DNA of 64,000 bases, from the NCBI RefSeq assembly GCF_001447785.1, contig NW_015170908.1:266233-330232 (forward strand). Direction: 5' to 3'. Below, one piece after another: positions 24,501-36,500 of the stretch (positions within the stretch are counted from its first letter, which is position 1; each line of letters begins with the position of its first letter). Below the pieces are notes generated by a model. That model did not search any database, was not told where the DNA came from, and was given only the letters and a program-made list of their open reading frames with translations. Origin of the DNA: Gekko japonicus (lineage: Eukaryota). The translations under genes and the position numbers were made by a program.

Positions 24501-27500
24501 ATGCCACCTTCCCTTGAGCAAACATCAGCCCTCTGTTTCCCCTCACTCACCTGTTGGCTGAAGGTGACGTTCCGTCTCCTGCTGGTCTCAGGAATGTGGC
24601 CTGTGACGATATCGGGGATAGCCAACGTCTGGGGTCTTTTCAGAATCCCCGATGACCGTGGCTTGACGGCATCTAAGGAACCCACCCTCAGTCCCTCTCT
24701 GTCTGGCCCCGGAGTCCCAGCATTCTCCCCTGGGTCCAAAGGTGTATTTTCATGGCCATAGAATCCCTCAGGAGCTCTGGGGAAGCTCACACTTAAGGCC
24801 TGCCTGGGCAAACCGGGAGGGATCGCCAGGTAGCCATCGTGTCCTGCCGTGAAGCAGTCGATCAGCACGCTGTCGATGTTGGAGGTCCCAAAGGAGGAGG
24901 CGAAGTCGCTGAGGCCTGTCAAGGAATTGTCCCTGCTGATGAGACTGCCATATTTAGGCGTGAGGGGGCTGAGGGGGGAAATGGGGCTGGTGAAGCTGGC
25001 ATATAAGTGGACCGAGTTCTGGGAGCCGAGGTTCTCGCTGGCACAGTCCTCGAAAAGGAGGGGTGGGGATGGCGGGAGCGGCAGGCTGGGGCTCTTCATG
25101 ACCTTCTTCTTCTTGCCGAAAGACTGCAAGGGCCTTTCAGGGATGCTGACCAAAGTCAAGATGGTCGCGATGGTCAACGTGATGGAAGTGAAAATGTAGA
25201 TGACCCGGAGTTGACCCCCTGCTGCTCTTCCAAAGCCAGTCTTGTCCCAGTGAATGCCTCCGACGACGTAGCCAAAGCCGCCCCCGAGACCTTTGGAGGG
25301 AAATGGAGAACAGGGTTGAGCAGGGCTATTTTTGGGCAGGAACACACAGGAACGGAGTTCCGGCTGGCTCCCAAGTTGGCCACGCCCAGCAGGAACTCAT
25401 TAGCATAACAGGCCACACCCAACCGCAGAAACTCATTAGGATTGGCTACATGAGGGGTGTGTGGCCTAACATGCAAAGGAGTTCCTGCTACAAAAAAAGG
25501 CCCTGGGTTTTGACAACAAACAAGGTAAACAGAATAAGAAGCAAAAGGTGGGTGTGGCCGGATGACCACACTTCTGGTAACATGTGGGTGTGACCTAATA
25601 TGCTAATGAGTGGTGCTGTCTGGGGTGTGGCCCAATATGCTAATGAGTTTCTGCTATTGGGTGTGGCCTATTATGCTAATGAGTTCCTGCTGAGCTTTTT
25701 CTACCAAAAAAGCCCTGGGGTTGAGGTTATCCTCCCAATAAGTCAGCCATTTCAGAGTCTGCATCCATAATCTAGTGACTCTGTGGACAGTGGTGGTGGG
25801 AGCAGCCCTCAGACTGGAGTTGGCAGGGCAGCCCAGTAGGGTTTTCAAGGCAAGACGTACACAGAGGTGCTTGCCTCAGCATAGCGATCCTGATATTCTT
25901 TGGTGGTCTCCCATTCAAGCACTAACCAGAGATGACCCTGCTTAGCTTCCAAGACCTGGTAAGATCAGGCTAGCCTGAGACATCCAAATCAGGGCTTCTG
26001 ATTGATATCTGGCCTTGACAGCCAGTTTGGTGTAGTGGTTAAGAGTGTGGACTCTAATCTGGGAGAACTTGGTTTGATTCCCCACTCCTCCACTTGCAGC
26101 TGCTGGATGACCCTGGGCAAGCCATAGTTCTGTCCGAGCTGTCCTTGAAAGGGCAGTTCTGGAAAGAGCTCTCTCAGCCCCACCTACCTCACAGGCAGTG
26201 TTCCCTCATATGTTCCCCCGCGAGCACTTCGGTCCGGGACCCAACATCTCCTGGCAATGCCAGGCCCCAAAGAGGCCAGGCTGGCCGCGACCAGGGCCAG
26301 GGCTTTCTCGGTGGCGGCTCCTACCTGGTGGAACGAGCTCCCGGAGGAGATCTNNNNNNNNNNNNNNNNNGGATGAGGGAATATCAGCATTTCCCTGGAG
26401 CAGATGATGCTGAATAGTCAAAATACGCCATCTGTGAAATACCATGTTGAACACCTAGAGCACTTTAGTCAATAACTTGTTAAAAATGTTTTGTACTGTT
26501 GGGATTTTAAATGGTTTTAATTATGTTTTATATTGGCGTTGCCTCCATGTAAGCCGCCCTGAGCCCGCATTGTGGGGAGGGCGGGGTATAAATTGAATAA
26601 AATAAATAAATAAATAAATAAAATAAGCTGAGTTAGTGTGAGCTAGCTCACAGTTTGTTAGCCTCTAGCTCACACATTTTTGTCTTAGCTCAGTAAGGAT
26701 GGCTTTAGAGCAAACTGATTTATGCAGCAGCCAAATCGCTCGCTCACAACTTTAATGCTAGTAGCTCACAATGTAGAATTTTTGCTCACAAGACTCCACA
26801 GCTTAGAGGGAGCATTTCTCAGAGGGTGTCTGTTGTGGAGGGGGGAAGGGAAGGGAGTTTGTAAGCCACTCTGAGACTCCTTCAGGTAGTGAAGGGTGGG
26901 GTATAAATCCAGTCTCTTCTTCTTTTTCTTAAATGAGCCCTTTTCAGGTGTTCTAAGGGGGTAGAGTGATCATACAGGGGGGCAACATAACTGCAACACC
27001 TCTACCACTACCCGACCTACCTATGGTCACTGGAATGGACACATACAGATATGTATGCAACTATATATGCATACATGTAGAGATGTACAGGTTTGTCTCT
27101 TTAATTTTCAGTGTTCTTCAGTTTTTAATCACTGGTGTTTCCGATTTGTTTGTTTCATTTACAGCCTTTCAGTGCCCATTGTACACCACTGGCATTCCCC
27201 GGTGCAAAAGTGGACATCATGAGTAACACAGCGATTGGCAAAAATAAACAGTAATCATGCTGTTGAATTTTGTGCCTAAAGTCTGGAAAAGAGAAGGAAG
27301 CTGTGGCTCAGTGGCAGACCATCTCCTTGGCATGCAGAAGGTGCCAGGTTCAATCCCCGGCATCTCCAGTAAGGATGAGATAAAAGGTGATGTGAAAGAC
27401 CTCCGCCTGAGACCCTGGAGAGCCACTGCCAGTCTGAGTAGACAATACTGACCATGACGGACCAAAGGCCTGATTCAGTGTAAAAGCAATGTGTTCAAAG

Positions 27501-30500
27501 CAATGGCAGAAACTGGGATTTTCAAGTGGAAAGAGTATGCTCATGAGATTTGGCAAATGTCCCCATGGTTCGGGGTCTCTTTGGTAGGTTTGCCAAAACC
27601 TCAAGAGGAAAAAAACCCCGTCCTGTGTGGAAACGGGCAGTAGAAGTTTTCATGGCATGCGGGCAAACGACGTCACCTGGCAAATAATATCCACGTAAGC
27701 CTAGCAGTTCGAAAGCAAGACATTGCAAGTAGATAAATAGGTACCACTTCGGTGGGAAGGTAACAGCGTTCCGTGCGCCTTGGTGTTTAGTCATGCCGGC
27801 CACATGACCACGGAAACGTCTTCGGACAGCGCTGGCTCTTCGGCTTTGAAACGGAGATGAGCACCGCAACCCAGGCTGTTTTCAACTGTACTCTCCAGGC
27901 AACTGGGGCGTCTGAAAAAGCCCGTGGACACGTGCTCCAATTAGAACTGCCCACTCTAGGCTGGGAAATACCTGGAGATTTAGGGGATAGAGCCTGGGGA
28001 GGAAGTGGGTGGGAAGGGGAGGGGCCCTATAATGCCATAGAGTCCGCCCTCCAAAGCAGCCATCTTCTCCGGGGGAACTGGTTTCTGCAGTCTGGAGCAG
28101 TGTTCCCTCTAAGCTGAGTTAGTATGAGCTAGCTCACAGGTTTTTAGCCTCCGGCTCACACATTTTTGTGTTTGCTCAGGAAGGATGGCTCCAGAGCAAA
28201 CTAATTTATGCATTAGTCAAATCGCCCGCTCACAACTTTAGTGCCAGTTGCTCACAAAGTAGCATTTTTGCTCACAAGGCTCTGCAGCTTAGAGGGAGCA
28301 TTGGTCTGGAGATCAGTTATAATTCCAGGAGATCTCCAGGCTTCAGCTGGCAACCCGAGCTCCAATTAATGTCCAGCAACTTTCTGTAGCAATCCCGTTT
28401 TCTCTCCTCCGTATATCTGAATTCTGCCCCCAAAGAACATCTGGAAAGTGCCATTGAATCTATTGTGCCACTGAGTCTGGCAAAGCAAAGGACCGCGCCA
28501 CTTCCCATCTGCTCCAGCCATTCCTGTTTACCCCACCAGGTCCCCATTTCCTGGCCCATGTTAAATGGTTCTTCTGCCTCCTCTGTTGCTTCTTTCCCCT
28601 CTTGTTAAAAATGTCATGTGTGTGACTTGCTAGCCTGAGTCATTCTTCACCTCCCACAGTCTCTTACAAGTGTGGGACACCACTTGCCCGTCACGCATCC
28701 AAACCGATGCGCATGAACAATAAGGTGCCAAGCATTGCACAGCCTCCTGTTCTGCACGCTGCAGCTCTTGAGGTAGAGTCTGACTGTGACTGATGAAGCC
28801 ATTGGAGGGCTATTGTGTTTTGCTTTGTTTTTTTTCCTAACACATCTTTGAAGACGCATCACTCTTCTTGGCTCCCCAGAGCCAGTTTGATGTAGTGCTT
28901 GGGAGAACCAGGTTTGATTCCCCACTCCTCCACATGCAGCTGCTGGTGTGACCTTGGGTCAGTCACAAGTTATCTCAGAGCTGTTCTCTCACGATCAGTT
29001 CACGAAAGAGCTCCCTCAGCCCTGCCTACCTCCCAAGGGTGTCTGTTGTGGGGAGAGGAAGGGAAAGGGGATTGTAAACTGCTCTGAGACTCCTTTGGGT
29101 AGTAAAGGGCGGGGTATAAATCCAATCTCCTCCTCCTTCTCCTCCTCCTTCTCCTCCTCCTCCTCCTCTTCTTCTTCTGCCAATGGAACTCAGTCTGCTT
29201 TCACACACACATTGGACAATGCACTTTCAATGGACTTCAGCAATCATTTGCAACTGGATTTTCCTGTGTAAAACAGGAAAATCCAGCTGTAAATGTTTGC
29301 TAGTGCACTGAAGCTTTATCCAATATGTGTGAAAGTACCCTTAGTGCCTAGTGCTGTGGTGGCTCAAGTGGTTAAGACGCTGAACTGCAGGCTGTGGAAG
29401 GTTGGTAGTCTAGCAGTTCGAGACCAGGGTGCTGCATGACAGAGTGAGCTCCCGTCTCTAGTTCCAGCTCCTGCCAACCTAGCAGTTCGAAAGCAAGAAA
29501 TTGCAAGTAGATAAATAGGGACCACTTCGGTGGGAAGGTAACAGCGTTCCGTGCGCCTTGGTGTTTAGTCATGCCGGCCACATGACCACGGAAACGTCTT
29601 CGGACAGCGCTGGCTCTTCGGCTTGGAAACGGAGATGAGCACCGCAACCCTAGAGTCGGATTTGACTGGCTTTCGAGCAAGGGAACCTTTACCTTTACCC
29701 TTAGTGAACACAAAGCAGACAGAGTAGAATCTTTGATCTCAGGTAGGGAGGCCAGCCTCCAGGGAGGACCTGGGGACCCTCCAGAATCACAGCTCATCTC
29801 CAGACTACAGAGATCAGTTCCCCTGGAGGAAATGGATGCTTTGGAAGGTGAACTCTGTGGCGTTGTGCCCCATTGAGGTCCCTGTCCTCCCCAGGCTCCA
29901 ACCCCAAATCTCCTGGCGTTCCCCAAAACCTGGATCTGGCAACCCTACCCTCCCAATCCCTGTCAGCGGCCAGGGGGGACCTGGAAACCCTAAACCCAGA
30001 AGAGGGGATTACAGTTGAATCTCCATCATTGTAATCCTTGCAACGCTGGAGGACATGACCTTGCTTCTAGAAAAGTAGCATGCCCGGTAAAAGCCAATGC
30101 TAAACAATTCTCCGTGCTCATTTTCTATAAGTAAAGGGCATTCCTTTTTTTCCCCTTGGGGGTGTAATAACAGGAGACGCTGATCGTGAGATCTCTTTCT
30201 TCTCCCTTTGGTGCTCGGATGCAATAGATACAGAAAAAAACGACTCCTGAATTAGCCCAGCTGGAGTAATCCAAACCTCTCCCGAGCTGGCACAGCAATA
30301 AAAACATCCGCTTGTCAGATTTTACAGCTAACTGCAACTGAGCAGGGCCACCACCCCCTATATAGGGGGTGGTGGCAGGGCGTGTATGACTGGGCACGCT
30401 CAGTAGCAGCAACTGAAGCTTTTTGCCCTTTTGTTGCCCACAGTAGGCGTCAGATTTAACCACAGTGGTGGTGTTGTTTTTCAATTGTGATCCAAATAAA

Positions 30501-33500
30501 TCCAAAGTAGGTAGAAGAGGGCGAGGGACTGGTAGTGTGCTATTTTATGCCCAACAAAGAAAGAACTTGCAGATAGAGTGAGCACAATATTATGGGGGGG
30601 GGGGTGTCTGCAGTTCTGTAAACAATTGTTGTTGTTCAGTCGCACAGTCGAGTCCAACTCTTCGCGACCCCATGGACCATCTCTCGCCAGGCCCTCCTGT
30701 CTTCCGCCGTCCTCTGAAGTTGGCTCAATTTCATGTTCGTTGCATCGATGACACTGTCTAATTTATTTAGATCTTTTTACTCAGGTTTCCTCCCTGCTGG
30801 AGACCCAAAGCATCTGGAAGTATCATTTTCCTCTCCTCCATTTTATTCTCACAACAACAACCCTGTGAGTTTGGTTAGGCGGAGGGAGAGGGACTGGCCC
30901 CAGGTCACTCAGAGTATAGATAGGGTGGCCAGTTCCAGGTTGGGAAATACCTAGAGATTTTTTGGGGGGTGGGGAACTGGAAGAGGGTGGGGTTCAGGGG
31001 GGACAAGGACCTCCGTGGGGTACAATGCCGTAAGAGTCCACTCTTCCCAAGTGGTCATTTTCTCCAGGTGGTCTGTCACCTGGAGAGCGGTTGTGATCAC
31101 AGAGATCTCCAGCTACTGCCTGGAGGTTGGCAACCCGACCTGGAAAGCTCCCATGGCAGAGTGAGGATGTGACTACTGGGCCAGTCACTGGTTCAGTCAG
31201 CCTAGCCTACTTCACAGGATTGTTGTGCTAAGGTTAAAATGCGGGAAGGGAGAATGATGTCGAAAGCCAGTCTGGGCCTCCATTGGGGAGAAAAGCAGGT
31301 ATGAATATTGAAATAAGTACAGTGCGACCCAGTTTGAAACCTTTGTCAGGAACACGCTGTTGCGTTTACAACCCCCAGAACTCAGGGGTCCAAGATCCCA
31401 AAGAGTGATTAACACTTGGAATTCACTGCCACAGGAAGTGGTGGCGGCTACAAGCATGGACGGCTTCAAAAGGGAATTAGATAAGCATATGGAGCAGAGG
31501 TCCATCGGTGCCTATTAGCCACAAGGTATAGATAGGGACTCTGGGGCAAGTGATGCTCTGTCTTCTTGGTGCTTGGGGGGGGGGTCAACAGTGGGAGGGC
31601 TTCTAATGTCCTGGCCCCACTGGTGGACCTCCTGATGGCACTGGTATTTTTGGCCACTGTGTGACACAGAGTGTTGGACTGGATGGGCCTTTGGCCTGAT
31701 CCAACATTGGCGTCTCTTATGTTCTTATGTTCTTATCCCCTGCCCCATAACCAAATCAAAACTCAGCTTAGGGATTAAATGTCTCAGAGGCTACAGCTGG
31801 GGAAAGGGAAGATTTCCAGTTGTAAGAGGAGATCTACAGGGCTGAAAAGATGTGCTAAACTGTCATTAATCTGGTCAGAGCCTATTGCTGGGAAACCTTC
31901 TGGTAAGTATCTGGAAGCGAGAGATCAGTTAAGCAGAAGGCTGCCAACCTCCAGGTAGGACCTGGAGATCTCCCAGGATTACAGCTCATCTCCAGACTAC
32001 AGAGATAAGCTCCCCTGGAGGAAAACGGCTGCTTTGGAGGGTGGCCTGTATGGCATTGTGCCCTATTGAAGTCCCTCCCCTTCCCAAACCCTGACCTCCC
32101 AAGGCTCCATTGCCCCAAACCTCCAGAAATTTCTCTGCCCAGAGTCGGCAGCTCTAAGAGCAATTTGTGGTTAAACCAGCCTGGGTTGAGAGGTTCGTTT
32201 TTGGGAATCCCTCTCCATGAATGTCTGGAAAACTGGGAAATAGTTTATGCAATCAGATTAGAAGCTGCTGCTCAGAGTAAAGTGCAAAGATAGAAGGAGG
32301 ATAGGGCAAGGAGCGGTTGGTCTGAGGAAATAAGGTAAGGTATAAATGTCTTCAGGCCTGACCTGGATAGCCCAGGCTAGCCCAGCCTGTTGTATCTTGG
32401 AAGCTAAGCAGGGTCAGTCCTGGTTAGTATTTGGATGGGAGACCGCCAAGGAAGCCCAGGGTCTCTACACAGAGGCTGTCAGAGGCAAACCACCTCTGAA
32501 CATCCCTTGCCTTAAAAAACTCTACAGATTCACCATAAATAGGCTGCAAATTGAGAGCAAAAATTGTTTTCAATCCAAAACTGATGATAGATAGACAGAC
32601 AGAAGATAGGTAGGTAGATGATAGTAGATGGATGATAGATAGATAGGTAGATCAGACAGACAGACAGACAGATCGATAATTTAGAAAATCTATATGTTGC
32701 CTCTCCAGAGGCCTGCTTAAGCTGGTAGCGAGAACGACAGTCAAACAGATTGACGGGTATCAGAAGCTCACCAGCTAGCAAGGCATGAATATTGAGTCCT
32801 CGGTCTTGATCCGAAGGGCTGCACACATCCATCATGTAGGCATGACTGGGGTTGTCAGCAGAATCTGCACAGAAATCCATCAGGATGACTCCGCAGATGG
32901 TGAGTGCAATCCCCCACTTGTGGTTATTCACAGTGTCAGTCAGAGCGGTACGATATCTCTGCCGTTCAGCATCAGAGAGAGTCCCAGCAAGGCCCCTGCA
33001 AGGAAGGAATCCAGTCAGGCCAGATGGAAAATCAATAATCCTGTGCTGCTCACCCTAAGCATGGCTGGTCACCTATAGTGCAGCTACCAGTGGACCTTCT
33101 CAGTCTTCCATCCATAAACACCTGCTTTGTTTAAGCAGAAAATTATATCAGCATGGAGAGGGCAATACTAGAATCTTTTCTATTTCTTTTCTCTTTGGGG
33201 GTTGCAATTATTTTTTTTCCCCAAATAAAAATACTAGAATTGTTCACCCTGGTGTGCTAGTTTTCTACTTGCAGGGTATTTTTTCAGACATGGAATCTTT
33301 CAAAAAATTGCAGCCCCCTCACCTGTAGTCTGAGGTGGCAGTGCCCTTTCCTCTCTCTCAAAATGCCCCACCTCCTTCTGCTGACTGTGTCAATCAAACT
33401 TCAGTGCATGACCAAGAGGAGGCAGTCGAAAACTCATGTATCTGGAGTTAGACTGTCGCTCAGCTGGAGGAAAAACAGATCCTGCTGGGTAAGCAAATCT

Positions 33501-36500
33501 GCTGTCGCACGGAGCCCATGGAATGAATTGCTCAGGCCGGTGCCGTGCCATCATCTTCCAGAGCCTGACTAAGAAAGTGTCTACTCTCCGTAGGAGCCAG
33601 GGTTACAGAGACCCTTGTATCCATGCCATGATTACAATCGGCCTCACTAGTGCCCCAGAAGGTGGTGGAGCTATAAAGACCTTCAGTAGCCTTCTGGATA
33701 TTGCTGGAGCTACACCTCTTTCCGCCCAGCTTTGCGTGCCTTGTCTCAGACCTGGTTCCCTGACTGGACAGCTCAAGGGTCCAGAAGTCATGACCTTGAT
33801 CCTGCTCCTCACTTGCTGGACAGCTTCCTTTCTCACAACTAGAGGGTAGGACCTCTAGCTTCACAACTTTAGTACTGGCCAGAAGAAGACACCAAGAGGG
33901 CAGCCCGGATCCTCTGAGGAATTGAGTTGCTAGCTGGACCTCTTGCTTCCCTAGAAGACCTAGTTAGGAGACTCCCTGAGAGGAGAGAGCCGAAAGAATA
34001 TGGGACTCCAGGTCAGACAATGGCTCTTTTTTCATTGCTACCCAGGGGAGGGTCTTGGAGTAAACTGTGGGGCCGCACCAGGACACAAGGCTCAGCTGAG
34101 GAGCAAGATTTGAATCCAGCATCATTTTAAAGATTTCCAGAAATACCTGGATGTCTTTCAAGGTTTTGTCAGATATCTGACGAAGGGAGCTTTGACTCTC
34201 CACAGATGTCAGATGTCTGCAGGGCCTGTAAGGCTGAGATGTTCTGCCAGGCTTTTGGCTGAAGGCAACAATGGCTCTTTCCTTGGCTGGGACCCTCCAC
34301 TCCTTCCCCTTCTCTGAATTGTTGTTATGAGTTCCCACTCCCCCTGCCGAGAAACTGGCCTGGTAGTCCAGAGTTGGGGTAGAACATTTCCAGGACACCA
34401 TCATCATGGACTTTTTATGTGGGTCTTTAGTGTTATTAAATTGTCTGTAGAATTTTCATGTTTTACATGTTTTTATGGCATTGTGCCCCCATGTGTAGGG
34501 CAAAATAACAACAACAACAACAACAACGAGGAGGAGGAGGAGGGGGAGGAGGAGGAGGACTCCAAGGTGCTACTAGATTTGTACCTTGCTCCTCTACTGC
34601 AGGCCCATATGGCCATCAGTGCTCCCTCTAAGCTGTGGAGTCCTGTGAGCAAAACTTCTACTTTGTGAGCTACCGGCATTAAAGTTCTGAGCAGGTGATT
34701 TGGCTGCTGCATCAATTCGTTTGCTCTGGAACCTCCTTCCTGAACTAGGACAAAAAAGTGTGTTGTTGTTGTTGTTCAGTCGCACTGTCGAGTCCGACTC
34801 GTTGCGACCACATGGACCAGATCACGCCAGGCCTTCCTATCTTCCGCCGTCCTCTGAAGTTTGCTCAATTTCATGTGTGAGCCGGAGGCTAAAAAGCTGT
34901 GAGCTAGCTCACACTAACTCAGCTTAGAGGGAACGCTGACGGCCACCCACCTGAAATCGAACTCTGCAGCATGTTGAAGCAACATCTTTGCTACTCTGGA
35001 GCTGTCCATGGTCCTGTACCTCCTACTGGTTCTCTTGGAGGTGAACCTCCGGCTGTTCCCTTTCAGATGGCACATGGGGGGTTTCACATGACTGAATGCT
35101 TCTACTTTCAAATGACTCATTCTCCACTCACTCAAACAAAACTATGTCTGGTTGAAGGGTTCTAGCTAGCCTGGCTTTTGTTTTGACAGCAACAATCCGT
35201 GGGCAGGGATTATTCTCTTTTGTATGGAGGAATGTTCAGTCGCCTAATATCTGAAGTGGTGCAACCTGCATGCAGGTTGGCTACCTTGGTAAGAACTCCT
35301 GTCTTTGCTACTTGTAGCCTCCTATTCTGTAGCAACTCGGTCTCCGCTCTGGCTTGAGATTTCTGGTTATGGCCTATTGCATGTCCTCACTTCCCACATA
35401 CTATTAGCCAATCCTTGGAAGACTTTGGAGCCTGCCAAAACCACCCATTGTCCGAACCAACAGTGGCCAAGAAAGATAAAGGGCCTATGCAATTACCTGA
35501 AGAACTGATGTGGGGCAAGACCCAGGTTGAGCTATTTTTAGGGCAGCCTGCACAGGTCAAACTGCCTTGGCAGAGTGAAGGTTAAAAACAACATTACCAA
35601 TAGCCAGGACCAGGATGAAGGGCCGCCTTCTGCCAAAGGGGGAAGTGCACCTGTCGCTCCAGGCTCCCAGCAGGGGCTGCAGCAGGAAACCTGAAATGAG
35701 AGAAAGCAATGGAATGAACACCAACATTCACCATGCTCCGGTTGGGGAGAGTTTGGAATAAGTTAGCAAGGGGAGGCCTAAGTCTCACTGAAGTGGCCAG
35801 TCCATGCCTGGCCTGAACCACTTCAGATATGGGGTGGGGTGTTGCAGGAATGAATGTCCCTCCATACCAACTAAATCCCCGTACACAGAAATCTAGCTTG
35901 TCAGGGAAATGCTGAGGTTAGAATTATTTTTCTTTGAAACGCTTGTTTTCTGTGTCAAGATACCTGTTGTATGGAAGCCTCACACTTTCCCTAACATGCA
36001 GTTATCTATCTGCAAGGAATATTTTTTCAATATATATTCAATCACAGGAGCTCCAGACTATATAGTTCAATGGGCACATCCCAAGTACAGAGAGTTGTAC
36101 AAGCCTACCCCAAAGAGAATGAACAGTGCAATCCTGAGAACACTTTCCTGGGAGTAAGCTCCATTGAAGTAGGATTCTGAATGGGCAGGCTTAAGATGGA
36201 TTTTCCAGGGGAACTTCTTGCTGACAGTTGGACTTTTAATGGCAGAACCAGAAGGACACCACCAGGAAATATGAAACAGGAGAAGAGATGCAAATTTCAC
36301 AGTGGTACTGAATTCTTATGGACTGCAGCTCATGAGTACAGTGTGCTGGCGCTAAGAATCAGAAGGCCTGTGGCTCAGTGGTAGAGCATCTGCTCTTCAT
36401 GCAGAAGGTTCCGGGTTCAGTTCCTGGTGTCTCCAGTTCAAAAGGATGACGTAGCAGATGATGTGAAAGATCTCTACCAGGGATGCTGGAAGCCAGCTGC

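Noticed and set aside
27297-27370. tRNA genes at SINE heads
   Set aside because: Degenerate stems, each followed by SINE body sequence; no poly-T terminator.
33270-33960. Possible coding-like segment in SLC45A1 intron 2
   Set aside because: Broken frames and no convincing splice sites; likely a decayed LINE that I cannot classify.
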